Shown here: positions 26,801 through 40,000 of the stretch, piece by piece
How the letters are laid out: every line of letters starts with the position of its first letter
Numbering within the stretch: the first letter of the stretch is position 1
Assembly (NCBI RefSeq): GCF_031769215.1
Contig: NW_026782269.1
Coordinates: 124,001-188,000 of the forward strand
Direction: 5' to 3'
Source: Ylistrum balloti
Taxonomy: Eukaryota
Length of the DNA: 64,000 nucleotides
Made by a program: the position numbers and the translations under genes
Notes under the pieces: model-generated
Told to the model about the DNA's origin: nothing
The model's database searches: none
Seen by the model: the letters and a program-made list of their open reading frames with translations, nothing else

Positions 26801-27809
26801 TAAACAATCATCAGCAACAGTCACAGGAGACAATACATGCTGGATCTGCCACCAACGCCAGGCAAACCTGTACACTCATCTCCTTCAATTTCATCGACTT
26901 AGCACTGGAGAGTGCATGCTGCTGAAACGATGCATGTTCTGTGGAAGTCTGTCCAATAACAGAAAAGACCTGGAAATTCACATGGCGGCTGCCCATGGAG
27001 TACTCATCAAAGGAGCCAACAACCCATCCAGCACAGCAGCGGCGAAACCACCACCCAAACAACCAGCTCCCAAGACTGTTGTTGTAGGACCGAAAACCAG
27101 TGTTACTACTACAGGGGGTAAAGGATCTGGACTTGTGAGGAATAATTTTTGTGTTTTCTGCTGTAAACAGTTCCCAGACAACACACAACTTACATTACAC
27201 TGTCTGAGCACGCATGCTACTTGCAGCAGTTGTGGCATGGTTGTAGCTCAGAACAGTGATCTGAAGACCCATGTGTGTCGTTCTGGATCAGTCAGGAATT
27301 GCCCAATGTGTGGAGTTAAAAACCTAAAGCCAAATGCTTACACACGGCATATTTCAACATTTCACTTAAAGAAATGTTTTGTTCGTCTGAAAAGGATGTC
27401 TCCAAGACAGATAAAGGAAGCCACTCGCAGAAGGGCGCCAGTGCTACCTGTGGCTGGTACAGTGGTTATAGATTTACGTCCTCCTGAAGATAGAAAGCGA
27501 TCAGCATCTGAAGAGGCCAATGAAAACATTTATGTGCCAGATATTAAACGAATGAAACAATCTGAGGTTATTCCGGAAGGTCAGAAGGAAACCAAAGAAC
27601 ATCATGAGGAAATGATGGATGAATCTAGCCAACAGCTTCATAAAAAAACTTCTGATGAGCCAATGGAGGCATCAAACGAGAAGCCAAAGCAAGAATCTAA
27701 CGAACAAACAGAGAAAAATTGTGCTGCCAATAAAGACACTAATGACAAATCTGAGGATGACAGTCCAACCAAAGATGATAACAATAGTGAGAAAGTGATT
27801 CCTGAATAA
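23895..27809 (+). CDS. MEP-1-like (MOG-interacting and ectopic P-granules 1) multi-C2H2 zinc-finger chromatin protein, 1304 aa, single coding exon
   Basis: 3.9-kb open frame after acceptor 23855; first ATG at 23895 (the track start 23889 is TTG). Acidic disordered N-terminus; a block FLFDLGSDIVKE...CSCGFQTES...CAHCNFET...FHMESEH...QCGLCYYE resembling recalled Drosophila MEP-1; Q/P-rich linker; further C2H2 fingers. Confidence 0.8.
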   Translation: MSASPMDSIVVNGNIEEGPAHVGGKVEDQEDLITSIKKLKEISSQNGTDENAAVPESDDGKAPSSKENAVKENGINTSIVSSDEENSKHTEITECGKKEGTPAEDNCVKEHAVEVNDGKSDSITNDAESPMETDTTTKNTQDDATTKDTQDDATTKDTQDDATTKDKQDSNIQSSMDGMKPGSGENEEKHKLNNEAEEKLNEGDAKNNTAQETDKPGVERLSSEENRSVCDEGQSSLKDEIATPNPESSTNNNATSGKSDKQIISDSEKKVLKVSEGDQHQNSSKVEESSEENDSKQGNFKIKDAPAEEKSKVNDSSKEGEQKVNKDSKSVDTLTDEDGSEFIITINEDDSGSEKEEEVVTDKTIIQPVPTNTQNIPQKSDAKVTSLKSNIQNSKPAKQQQQPKTQIVSATQVVSQTTSAQGGPLQYYPIHQIQTSTGTSQYMQSVMVGGKSVLVPVSSSAIAGNSTQYLIDPKNSVMSKKPSMAAGMNLKSKTFTPPQPVKQLSGQKQETYSVQRGIETIERDADLPLSSWEMIDLVKWEIASHKPDNTFWMGLCNVNKKAELSAPSKFLFDLGSDIVKESAYKQITQVQTKKKEAGKLNDVEKENLEKMKKVVKELEDKLSHMAMKQQKCSCGFQTESENVMMFHKEHPHMRPPLNPHGLMSCAHCNFETNDGTKYSFHMESEHNMVGRVYSKPAFWQCGLCYYEHNSKNKLTNHKWKCMKHFKANQNQAPHHTDINYCLKNIYYKYQIKKPPPPKPAPKPAPKTAPQHNHNTRNITRPPAVIQPRQAQGPLLANQLQQKNLPRPAIRAATQIPGVVYSNQATALANQQNRNPPRLPVNNRNVRNPMQVVVRPPVTYKGNTTVNQLLMQAKGSNQVQRPQQPITKKPPPPKPAGGPTFEVCEICGGYVKDRMSLRIHFFYAHKIDIPQHVFNRDMAPLLCEVCKARFWTTQGLSKHRLATQHNAGTPKQSSATVTGDNTCWICHQRQANLYTHLLQFHRLSTGECMLLKRCMFCGSLSNNRKDLEIHMAAAHGVLIKGANNPSSTAAAKPPPKQPAPKTVVVGPKTSVTTTGGKGSGLVRNNFCVFCCKQFPDNTQLTLHCLSTHATCSSCGMVVAQNSDLKTHVCRSGSVRNCPMCGVKNLKPNAYTRHISTFHLKKCFVRLKRMSPRQIKEATRRRAPVLPVAGTVVIDLRPPEDRKRSASEEANENIYVPDIKRMKQSEVIPEGQKETKEHHEEMMDESSQQLHKKTSDEPMEASNEKPKQESNEQTEKNCAANKDTNDKSEDDSPTKDDNNSEKVIPE
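24298..24402 (+). repeat. 27-bp in-frame coding tandem repeat (TTKDTQDDA, about 3.8 copies)
   Basis: Visible in both DNA and protein. Confidence 0.9.
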
Positions 27810-29928
27810 CCCTTCATGGCATTATAGCAATCCAATACTAGACTTTTATTTAATGATGGTTCACTACAAATATGTATCACACAAAGTTTTCAAGATTAGA
27901 AACTGTTGGTGATTTAAAGAAAGCATGGTATCCTGAACAACAGTTTCCATGTTTTTCTATAAAAACTTTTGGCTTAAGACAAAGAAACATGTTTTATTTT
28001 TGAAAAAATTTTCCCCATCTGGTAATAAATATCGGCACACTTGATTAGCTTACTGAAATTCATTTTTTAAAGTTCACATCTAATTACTGCTTACATCTTA
28101 ATTTCAAGAAATAAAGATTTGTGGAGGAGGGGGAGGGATTTAGGGAATGTACAGAATGTCAAATTGTGTTAATCTGGCTTGGATCAAAGTATGACTATGA
28201 ATCATGGAAGCTACCTTATTCTTTATCATAGACACCTTAGTATTATGTGGTATTTGATTCTCATAACAAGAAAGTCTCAGATTATTTTTCCTTTTGTTAA
28301 ATCCATCTTGCTTATTGGATTCCACATTGAATGTATTGCCTTCAGTTGTAGCAAAAAAAATCTATAGTAAATGTCCAGGTTGTGAAATTATTTTCTGTTT
28401 CAATTGTGTAAAGTTAAGATTAATTCTTTGGTTGGTGATAATACATCTGAGTAAAGGGCTTCTATTTCTATATCTTTATGTCATTTTAATTCATTTTGAA
28501 TTTGCAAGATTCTATTTTACAATGTGGATTAATCCTGGGAAATAGTTCTTAGCAGAGTCTTGTCTCTTCTGCTGTTTGCTGGCACATGTTCATTGACATT
28601 TTGTTGGTTTGCATGATTGCATATATTTAAGTTGTACAGTTGAGTTTAAGAGTTTATTTAGTTAGAAAAAATCAAAGTAATATCCAATTTCTTTCATTTG
28701 GTTTGAACAATTTCAAATTGTTAAATCAATGTTGGTCCGTGTTTCTTGGTCGACTGGTTATGAAGAGTAAATATTAGTACTTTAAAGTGTTATCTTTCAT
28801 TATAATACTAGAATGGCTGCTCATCTGAAGTGTCCATCTTCTGTTGTACCTCTATATACACAGTGTGTTGGCTGTTTATCAGTACCATGATGTACGACAT
28901 CAGCTGTATGTTTTCTGTAGATAGTTGTACTTTGTTGTTTTGAAAATAAAGAAGAAAATTCAATGTAGTAATTTTTAGCCTTCAACTCAACTGATACTTC
29001 AAATACCTAGTTCACAAATTTTATAACCCCAGTTATTTTGAAATAACACGGTCAACTGGAAATGTGCATGCTTGTTATGTACGTTTATTGTAGTATTTTT
29101 TATGACCTCATTACAGATGTATGTGTGTGAGTGAACATTGCTACAAATTGTCATATATACGGTATATAGATATATATATATGAAGAGTATCATGATTATA
29201 AAAAATTTTTTTACTTCGTAATGTTTGAAAAACAAATCTATTTAGAGATATATCTTCATTGCCTTATTCTTGTCTCCTCTGGGACAAACCATTATTTATA
29301 AATGTGTTGTTTCTGATACAGTTATATTGTCATGTACTAAACTTGGTCATTTTGTAAACTGTTGATTTTGTTGTGAGTTCCTTTCATGAAGTCCTATTTG
29401 GTATTTTCACTATGACAATACCTGCTCTGTATCTATTTTGCTGTCGGCTTTAATCCAAGCAAATATTAGCCTGGTGTTAAATGATATCTTAAATTTTTCC
29501 TACCATCAGCATGTGTATAGAAACTTGTCAAATTACACCACAGTTGAAACAATAGTCTGCAACATTTTATGATCAAATGTTTGTTTTTGTTTGCACTTTC
29601 AGAAAAAGTTTTGAATCAGTAGTTTCAATATCATTCCGTACATGTACATGTCATTCAAATTTAATATTTTGCTTCCTTGAATCAAGAAAGATGATGATAG
29701 GGTATAAAGCAAAATACAAAGTGTTAGCTAAACTTATGCATCCTTTAATAAAACATTCTCTGAAATATTATGGAGTCATGGAATTGAATCCTGTTATGTG
29801 GTCCAACTTATTAAAATAATATCAAGTAGATTTAATCTTTAATCGTAAGAGGACTTAACTCTTGGCTACATTCATACAAAATTTCACTTTTTTTGGGAAT
29901 GTGTAAATGCAAAACTAGTTTTATTGTA

Positions 29929-29934
29929 AATAAA
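29929..29934 (+). terminator. Candidate polyadenylation signal of the MEP-1-like gene
   Basis: AATAAA about 2.1 kb after the stop, followed by a T-rich tract; an alternative AATAAA lies near 28946. Confidence 0.4.
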
Positions 29935-30499
29935 CTGTATGCAGATTTGTTTCATTTTGAAAGTTCATTTTCTTGTTTGAATCCTATCATTCAGCTGCAT
30001 TCTCATTTTCTGTCCAAATCAACTTTGATGTGGTCAGAAAAGGTACATGTACACTACATTATGACAAAGTAATGAGAGGATAGCTTTGATAATGAGTAAG
30101 GGCTATATGTTACAGAAATGGATATTTTAGGTCTTGTTTGCTGCTGGTTCTGGTTATCAGATGCCTATTAAAACTACCAAAATGACTGAAATACTTCACT
30201 TGTGGAGTAGCTTACAATATGTTACCTAAAAGGTGTGTAATTCATTGTAGCTTTTTGTTTGTATCTGTATGATATATGTTGTAACTTTCTACCTTGCACG
30301 TACACATATATGACCGTGGATCGGTTACCTAGTGCGTGATAGGTAGAATTGGTTATGAAAATCTGTAGTGCTCATTTCTGTGGAATCAATGTTAAATATT
30401 GTTTCAGTTTCAAGAGGAATTTCTCCGGAAATTGTAGAACATGTTTACTGTTTATTTGATGGTAATAAAAAGGCAGATGCATAAATATATGTCAAATCA

Positions 30500-31325
30500 C
30501 GAACAACTTTGATGTTATTATTATATCTTTTCTCATCAGTTAGGAATTTAGCTCTGCTGGTCCAAATGGCATTTTGTATAAATGGCAGGTCTAAGCTCCT
30601 AGGGGCTGGAGGGATAGGGCAAAATACAAGAAATATGGAAATTCTACATGTACTCTTGTAGGATTGATGTGATGTTGCCTTAATTTCATCTGAGGCATCC
30701 TTTGGTGAAAGGAATAAATTTTGTTTAAGTGATGGGTCTTAGCTCCCTCGGATAGGGATTTTGGGCTTAAGCATTGTTCTAAGCAAAATCATTTTTTGAT
30801 ATAAACTTGGGGCAGGGTCTAGTAGAGGGGAAAGGGCAATTCTTAAAAATCCTTCTGAAGGAATGCCAGGATTCTCTCTGAATTTGGTCTTAAGTACCCT
30901 TGGTTGACTAGAATTAATTGTTGGTCTCTACCCTGTGGGGTGCGTTGGGCAGGGCCAATAGGGGAAATCCCATCTGTTGTGGGAACTGAAATGCTATGAT
31001 TCTATTCAATTTTGTCTGAAAGCAACCCAATTTTGTATAAACCAGGAGTCTTAAGACCAAGGTGGTGAGGCCAGAGATGTGGAGACAAATTGGCCAGATA
31101 TCTGTTCCTAAAATTTCTTTCGAACAGGGATTTTTGTCAAAGTTTGGCCTGAAGCATTCCTTGGCAAATGGAATTCAATTTTTCATAAACAAGAGACATG
31201 ACTTCCATTTTAGCACATGTCCGAGGCTAAATATGGAAATTATTTCTGAAATTATTCTTTCTTTTGGAAATTATTGACAACTGAATTAGCCAGGTGAACA
31301 ATGCAGGCCCCATGGACCTCTTGAT
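30500..31325 (+). mobile_element. Degenerate interspersed repeat, probably a HINE/Helitron-type non-autonomous element
   Basis: Ends in caggtgaacaatgcaggccccatggacctcttg, a subTIR-plus-hairpin-like terminus; a reverse-oriented copy of that terminus lies near 31955-31990. Confidence 0.4.
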
Positions 31326-32480
31326 TTAGTCCTCATTTATCAATGGTCCATCAGTAAAAAGTTCTTATAAACAGTATTTCTTGAGAATTGTGTTATCTTT
31401 CTCATATTTTGTGTGTAGCATTTGCTCTATCCCTAGTTGCAACTGGTCAATTTTTAATATGTTCACAAAAACAAAATGGCCACCAATTTTTCTGGAAAAG
31501 TGCCTATAGATGGATCTTTCTCAGATTTCATATATAGGTATGGCACTGCCCTCATCTTTTCCTACTCACTTTTGGAACTGATCAATGCTGAAACATTTTT
31601 TACTTCAGTGTTTATTGCTATTTTCCAGAGGGGTGCAGAATTTATCTCTTCCAAATTGTATATGAAGGATTGTGGTGGTCTGATGTGTCTAGAAAATTTT
31701 AGATTGGAAAAATATACCTTGGTAATGGGTTACATGTAACCATCTGGGATTCAGACATCTAAAGATTATTGTTACCAGAAAACTTTAGAGAGAATATTCT
31801 AAACTCCCAGTTAACAGACAGTCATGTTAGATTTTGATTATGAAGATTTGTCATTGCTATTTATTGAAAAGTACTAGATAGATGTGACACAAATTTCACA
31901 AGCAAGTTTCTCTTGGTCCCTAAGTGTGCCCTTTTGATTTTTGAAATGATCAGAAAAACGAGGCCAAAGGGACCTGCATTCCTCACCTGGCTAATTAAGC
32001 TATTCATTCATTTAACAAAGAATTTCAAATATAACAATTTCTGAAAATAATTTCCCTGTTTGGATCCTGTTCTTGTGGGACAGTGGGACCTTTTCCTGGA
32101 AGTGATAATGATGTGAAGATTGCAAAAGCCATCATGGATGGTCTGGAAAAAGATGACATCATGGATTGAAGGTTTATGGATGTTATGCTAGATATAGAAT
32201 CACGTAATTTGACAACAAATATGCAGACTCAACATGTTGACCTAAAAGCTAACCTTGATAAATCCTAAACTAAATCCAGATGGATGGACTCACATCATGG
32301 CAGATTCAAACAATGGCTGTTTTTCAAAACACAACTGGCTTCCAACCATTTCATTGATGTCATCAAGGCAGTCGCTAGAATAGTAACTACCTGTCTCAGT
32401 GTTATCCATAGACCTAGGACCCATATATGTTAGAACACAAGAGCCAGATGTGAAGGATAGGGCGCTGGCTGGTTCAAAAT

Positions 32481-32538
32481 AACTTGAAAAATGAGCCATA
32501 TCTTACCAGAACTTGAAAAATGAGCCATATCTTACCAG
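32481..32538. repeat. Perfect 29-bp tandem duplication
   Basis: aacttgaaaaatgagccatatcttaccag x2. Confidence 0.9.
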
Positions 32539-33399
32539 AAGGGCCAATTCACTATTCATCAAACTAGATGCTACTGCAGCTGGCTACAAAAGTGAGATCC
32601 ACTTGAGGTACAAGAGTAGTGTAAAGTTCAATGTTTGGATCCAGCTTGACAGCTCTGATGCCATTAATCCACAAAAAGGATTAATATTGCTGGTGTCCTA
32701 GTGGACAGAGAAGCTTGGGGTTATGTGCCAAGGTAGCCAGTCTCCTGAACTATTTAGGATACTACATGCATTAGGAAACCAGTACACCTTTGCATCTAAA
32801 AGTTGAAAGGATTAAGACAAATCTCAATTAATATAGATTTTTCTACCAACTGTCATCTTCAAAGCATCAGGTAAAGTCAATTTGGACAATTAGAACTACC
32901 ATCCTGTATGATGTAGACGAACACTGACATAGCCAATCAGATTCTAGGACGAAGAAGCCTTATTGGATTCCAAATAAGGTGGTTTAATATGTAAACCAAC
33001 TTCAATCTATCATTCTTAATAGAATATTGATTCAACAGTTATAAGAACATTTAGTTTTTGTGGATATCAGGGAACATGACGGCCATTCTGAAAGTTGATA
33101 TTTCACTTTAGTGGGTTATTAGTGTAGGTGACAGTCCCTTTGTACTAATAAAACCAAGTGTAAACATTTTATTTCAGTTTCCATTACAATACTTCAATCT
33201 AAAACAGGTTTTCCCCTTTACATGGCAATACTGTCAATCAATTTTAATCACTTTGCACAATTACTATTTTTGGGCAATTTATTATGTACTGTTTGAAGAG
33301 GTTTTTTAGCACATAATTACTAATGGACTCCAATAGAAAATTGTAATTTTGACCTTCAGAAAATTTGCTTAATGTTAAAAGAACATTTCTCGGTGTCCA

Positions 33400-35330
33400 T
33401 CACATTTTTATTATGTCAAAGGGTCAAGATGAATATTGCTATCGTGCATCACCCAGCGTTGTGGGTCATTCACCGTCTGCTGTTCGCCGTCCGTAAATTT
33501 TTCCTTTAAAACACTACTTACACCAAATATGGCCTGAAATTTCTGTAGAGGTTGGCAAATAATTCTTAGATTCAGAAAGTTGATTCTACACAGAGGGATT
33601 TAGGAACAGGGCTCCGAAAATAGAAATTAGTCAATATTTTGCTTCAAAACACTACTCCTTCTTAATGCCTAGGTAGATTTCAACCAAATTTGATCTGAAA
33701 CATTGTTGCAGATGGGTTATTATTTCTTAAATGCAGAAAGTTGATTGACCCCTAGGGACATGGGGACAGGGCCTCAAATGGTAAAGTTAGTTAATGTTGT
33801 TTAAAAAAAAATGAAGAGAGGATTTTTCACAAAAACTATGTTTTTCTTTAAAATGCTATTTTTCCTTAATGCTTGAATGGATTTAAACCAAATGTGGTCT
33901 GAAATATAATCATGGCAATTCATCAGATTTGTCAGACCACCATCTGCAAATACTGTGGTTTGTCCTTTCATTCATAGATTGTCAGATAACCATTAAGGGT
34001 CATGACTCTCTTGTCTTTTCTTTGCAATGTATTTGCGATGATGTTATTTTCAGCATGTTCATATCTGGTTTCCTTAAAAAAAGAAGAAATGATTTTTCAC
34101 AAAACTATACATTTTTTAAAATTTTTTTGCACAAAAAGTGCTATATTCTTGTGTATGTACATGTTTGAACTTAAATGCCTATTTGTAAATGTACGACAAC
34201 AGAGGCTACCAATAGCACATACAAGCTGTTGTATTTGCTTCTTTGACCATTTTGAACCCCCACTTTTGGCAAGATCCCCTATTGGGCCCCGCTCCTTCAA
34301 CCTCAGGGTGGCTGAGACCTAACCTCTATACAAAATAATTTCACCTTCACCAAGCTATTCATTCCGACAAGAATATAGTAGGATTTTGAGACAGATCAGA
34401 ATAATAAAATGGCAGACAAATGGCCATCTTGAATTTTGACTTTGAATGTTTGTTATCACCATTTCTTGAGAACTGCTGCATAGATCTTTCTCCAATTTCA
34501 CATGTAGGTTCACCTTGGTCCCTAGTTTTGCCTGTTTGATTTTGGGACTGGTCAGAAAACCAAGATTGCCAACATGTGGCAATCCTGAATTTTGACTTTG
34601 AAAGTTTATTATCGCTTTTTCTTGAGAACTAATGCTTAGATGTGTCTCAAATTTTGTGTGTAAGTTTCCTTTGGTCCCTAGTTGTGTCGATTTGGTTGGT
34701 TTCATGACTGATAAGAAAAAAGGGGCTTCCAGATGGGCATCATGGATGTGGATGTTAAAGATTAGTTATCACCATGAGCAAAAACAGAGAAGAGAACAGA
34801 AGGAAAAGATCCAACAAGTGAATAAAGATCAAACAATGGTGGGTGCCTAGATCCCTTTGGGATGTCTTGTTACATGTTAAACTTCTTCTCAAGTTCCAGC
34901 AGTGGAATTGATCGGAAATTTGTATGAAATGTTCCCTAGACAGTCCTGACCAGGTGTTGTTATTCAGTCGCATGGTCACTATCTTGAATATTACATCTTA
35001 AAATCGGAAAATTTGTAGATGCATTAAGGAAGGCAAGTCCACAAAGTGTTATTTTCTGTCCTTGTTCAAAGTTCAATATGGCAGCCATTTTGGAATATGA
35101 TTGTACAATTATAGTTTCTCTGAACAACACCTATTTTAAACTTCTCAAGTCCTGACCAAGACTTTTATTTCCATGACAGTCTGATATCCAATAAGGCTGT
35201 CATCTTGAAAAACATATTTACAACTTTTCTTAATGGTGCCATTGAGTTGAAAATTGGTAGGGATGTGGGAAAGGAAGTCAACAAAGTGTTGTTGTTTTTG
35301 AGCCTCCATTGTTCAATATGGCAGCCATAC
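33400..35330. mobile_element. Cluster of degenerate HINE-like elements with internal 170-290-bp repeated blocks
   Basis: ccgtc-type microsatellite near 33470-33500; duplicated blocks such as ttttgactttgaa...ttggtccctagtt (near 34430 and 34590) and caaagtgtt...ttcaatatggcagccat (near 35043 and 35283). Confidence 0.4.
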
Positions 35331-37045
35331 TTTTGTTGATTATTGATGGCACCAATCAGAAAACGATTGTTGACATAATTTAGACAATCATTTTTAAGTC
35401 ATGGATTGAAATTTGCACAAAAAAGGCTACCTCCATTTGATTTTGTCTTCAATCTCTTTACTTTGAAACCTAACAAAATGTAACTTTCCTGAGCGATGTG
35501 ATAAAAAGTTGCTTGACTTTGTTCATGTCATACAAAATTTATGAAATTTGTCTTGAAAATTAAATTTTTGCTTGCAAAGGTTCCCAAAAATATATACTTC
35601 TAAGACTCGTTTCATAAAATCTCATATTTATGTACATGTGTTTATATGTAAAACTGAATCATAATGGAAAATAAAGTAAAACCAACGATGTTACAGATAA
35701 ATATGTTTTTAATTATCACAGTGATTGGCTTGTTACCAAACATCAATCATTTATTCCTTAAATACTGCATGCTTGTTTCAGAATGAAAAAATATTGGCTT
35801 ATGGAAAAGTCCTAAATATATCATTGTTCCATTTTCAGCTGCCTTCTAAAAACTTTCAACGAATATGGACAATTTTCACACTAGCTTTCTTAAATAATTT
35901 GATTTCAACTTCTACATGGTATATATATCAAGTGAAAAAAGGTTCTGAATAACTTTCATTTAGTTTAGCTTTTTCTGCAAATGGAAACGAACATCAGGCA
36001 TTCATATTATAAACACATAAATGGTATCAAAAGCCAGTGGAAACAAAACACTTCAATGGTTGTGTCCAGTGATGATGAATTTGTAATTAAGTGTGGCCCC
36101 TGTATGTTGAATTTAATTTGATTATCTTTTGATGGTGTTTAAGCAGCATATCTCAATATCCAAGTCTCACCTTCACTAAGTCAGAAACATAAAAAATTAC
36201 CAATTGATCTGAGGCTGTCAGTTGATAAACAAACAAAATTTGTTTGGGTAAGTCACGATTAACAGTATACAAATAGCTTTCCAGCTGACGGTTAATGAAA
36301 GGCCAAAATTTCAATTGGTAAATCACGCTTAATTCTCAGGTTGTCAGTGAAGAAACTGATCAAATTTGTATTAATAAATCATGCTATGTTTTTCATGATT
36401 CATAATACTACAACCATACAAAACTTGATAATGAGTACAATTCTTACCCATACCACAATCTACTGGGAACATATCTCATGAAACCCCTAAAAAGTTACTG
36501 TTAAGTTATTTATTTTCATGGGTAGACTTAATCTACTAATTCATATGTCCAAAACCTGTGAAGATCAGTACAAGTATATTTATTGAGGTTATGTTTATCT
36601 ATGAAATCAATTAAGTGTCCACGAAAAAGTAATTTTTTGAAACCATAAAAAGAAGTGATTTTACAATACATTGTATATTGGTTAATAAATAAAACACTAC
36701 ATACAGTATACACAATTTTGATAAAAATAATAAAAATCATCAAGGAAATAAACAAATTTGTCAACCCATTTTCCTGAAATACAGGAACTTAAATTTTTCT
36801 GGAATAATGCTTTCATGTACATTACATGAATACAATGCTAACATGAATACCTTAATCGTTACTCCAAATTACATGCATCTGTAAGTTAGCCTACTCTTGA
36901 TAAAATATATCAGCCACTATTAGATACCAACAATGAAGTCAACATCATCTTTTATGACCTGCAGTAAGTTAGCTATGTTGTCTATGAATGAATTGCACAA
37001 CCAATGATGTCTTAGATGAAGTCAGGAAGCACCAGTCTAAAGGTC

Positions 37046-40000
37046 TCATGATGTGATCCCGTTCCTCCTGTAGAACTGTGATTTGACATGGGCAATCCTC
37101 ACATGCTGTCTGGTTGGAGGGTCGCTACACATGTCCAGTCGATGGCCGTACTCCGAGGAAGCGAGGGTGGGTACTTCTTTTACTTTTTCCTGTAAACCCC
37201 ATAAAGTAGATGTGATTCTGAGCACAGCTATAATAGATATATCCATTTCTGCTTTTTATCATTATATATATAATCCTGGTAGACAGCATCTCTGCCCCTT
37301 TATATCACTTGCCTCAATCAAAATTCAGATCAATATATTTAATTAACTACAATCTATCAACAAAACTTAAAAATGCAAATCTTTTCAGATTTTATTTAGA
37401 ATCTGAGAAAATATGACATAGGTATTAAATGTAGTGATCAACTTACCTCATCATTGACCTTAAGACCCCGAGATTTGGCATGCTCTCTGTCATCACGATG
37501 AAGCTTATTGTTGAATCCAACTTGTTTTCTAAAAAGTCTCTGATATGTTGAATAGGGATATCTTTCCTAAAGATAAACAAAGCATTTTTATTTCACAAAA
37601 ACATAAACATTTATCATGCAGTATTATAGTTAAACACATTAAATATAGATCAGATTTTAAAAACTATTTTGTGTAAAATTAAGATAGTTTAGAAGAAAGC
37701 ATCTTTTATCTCTCAGCCATGAGAAGAAATTTAGAAATTTCATAGAATTTCCATCTCTGTTTTAATCAGATCAAGTTCGTACTCAGCTTTTCTGTCACTC
37801 TGATTAAGTTCCAATAAAGCATCCATTTTATATGCACATTAAGGGAATTGATGTGGAAATCAGTAGAAATTCGTGCTTTTGCTTATATGAGAATATGTTA
37901 TTGTGAAATTAATAAAAACAGGTATGAATTAATTCAATATTTCATTGGTTATATTGGTGTTAATATGGTTTATTTGAATGTCCTATTACAGAAATAATAT
38001 AAGATAGGAACCCAGTCTAGTATCATGATAAATACACATGGATTTTTTCTTATATTCCACAATTAAATATATACACCACAACATAACACATGTATCATTC
38101 ATTAAAAACTTCTGTACATTGTTAGTAACAAAAGGGTTGAGTAAAGATTTCATCCAGTGTACACATGGCAAATACCAGATATTTATTTTTCAAAGCAAAA
38201 CAAATTGAAATCTTGTTTTATTTCTATCTTAAATACACTTATACTCAAGAAAGCATGTTCCCCATAATTCCACCACTTCCATAACTAAGTATAACTGTGG
38301 GTAGGTTAACCTGTACAGTTCTTTCTATCCCCTTCGTCATTCTCATAATTAACTCAAAAACCTCAACATCGTTTTCACAGCCAATTCATTCTTATGTATC
38401 ATCTCTGCCATTCTCATTACTTTGTGTAATTATATATACCCTCCATCATAGTCACAAATCTGTGTAACTGTATCATCATTCTCATGACTCAGTGTAATAA
38501 TATATCCCCTCCATCATTCTCATGACTCAGTAACAATAAATCCCTCCATCATTCTCATGACTCAGTGTAACAATATATCCCTCCATTATTCTCATGACTC
38601 AGTAACAATAAATCCCTCCATCATTCTCATGACTCAGTGTAACAATATATCCCCTCCATCATTCTCATGACTCAGTAACATTATATCCCCTCCATCATTC
38701 TCATGACTCAGTGTAATAATATATCCCCTCCATCATTCTCATGACTCAGTGTAATAATATATCCCCTCCATCATTCTCATGACTCAGTGTAATAATATAT
38801 CCCCTCCATCATTCTCATGACTCAGTGTAATAATATATCCCCTCCATCATTCTCATGACTCAGTGTAATAATATATCCCCTCCATCATTCTCATGACTCA
38901 GTAACAATATATCCCCTCCATCATTCTCATGACTCAGTAACAATAAATCCCTCCATCATTCTCATGACTCAGTGTAACAATATATCCCTCCATTATTCTC
39001 ATGACTCAGTAACAATAAATCCCTCCATCATTCTCATGACTCAGTGTAACAATATATCCCTCCATTATTCTCATGACTCAGTAACAATAAATCCCTCCAT
39101 CATTCTCATGACTCAGTGTAACAATATATCCCCTCCATCATTCTCATGACTCAGTAACATTATACCCCCTCCATCATTCTCATGACTCAGTGTAATAATA
39201 TATCCCCTCCATCATTCTCATGACTCAGTGTAATAATATATCCCCTTCATCATTCTCATGACTCAGTGTAACAATATATCCCCTCCATCATTCTCATGAC
39301 TCAGTAACATTATATCCCCTCCATCATTCTCATGACTCAGTAACATTATATCCCCTCCATCATTCTCATGACTCAGTGTAATAATATATCCCCTCCATCA
39401 TTCTCATGACTCAGTGTAATAATATATCCCCTCCATCATTCTCATGACTCAGTGTAACAATATATCCCCTCCATCATTCTCATGACTCAGTGTAACAATA
39501 TATCCCCTCCATCATTCTCATGACTCAGTAACATTATATCCCCTCCATCATTCTCATGACTCAGTAACATTATATCCCCTCCATCATTCTCATGACTCAG
39601 TAACATTATATCCCCTCCATCATTCTCATGACTCAGTGTAATAATATATCCCCTCCATCATTCTCATGACTCAGTGTAATAATATATCCCCTCCATCATT
39701 CTCATGACTCAGTGTAACAATATATCCCCTCCATCATTCTCATGACTCAGTAACATTATATCCCCTCCATCATTCTCATGACTCAGTAACATTATATCCC
39801 CTCCATCATTCTCATGACTCAGTAACATTATATCCCCTCCATCATTCTCATGACTCAGTGTAACAATAAATCCCCTCCATCATTCTCATGACTCAGTGTA
39901 ACAATATAGCCCCTCCATCATTCTCATGACTCAGTAACAATAAATCCCCTCCATCATTCTCATGACTCAGTAACATTAAATCTCCTCCATCATTCTCATG

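Noticed and set aside
23978-27880. Antisense and alternative-frame ORFs within the MEP-1-like exon, and similar ones in TP53INP and the nested gene
   Set aside because: Expected shadows of long coding frames; low complexity and no independent signals.
32290-32760. ORFs 32290-32499 and 32513-32701 as gene or transposon remnants
   Set aside because: No recognisable motif or splice chain; they lie among decayed repeats.
36066-36212. Box C/D snoRNA (GTGATGA ... CTGA)
   Set aside because: No terminal stem, no recognisable rRNA-complementary guide, and not in an intron.
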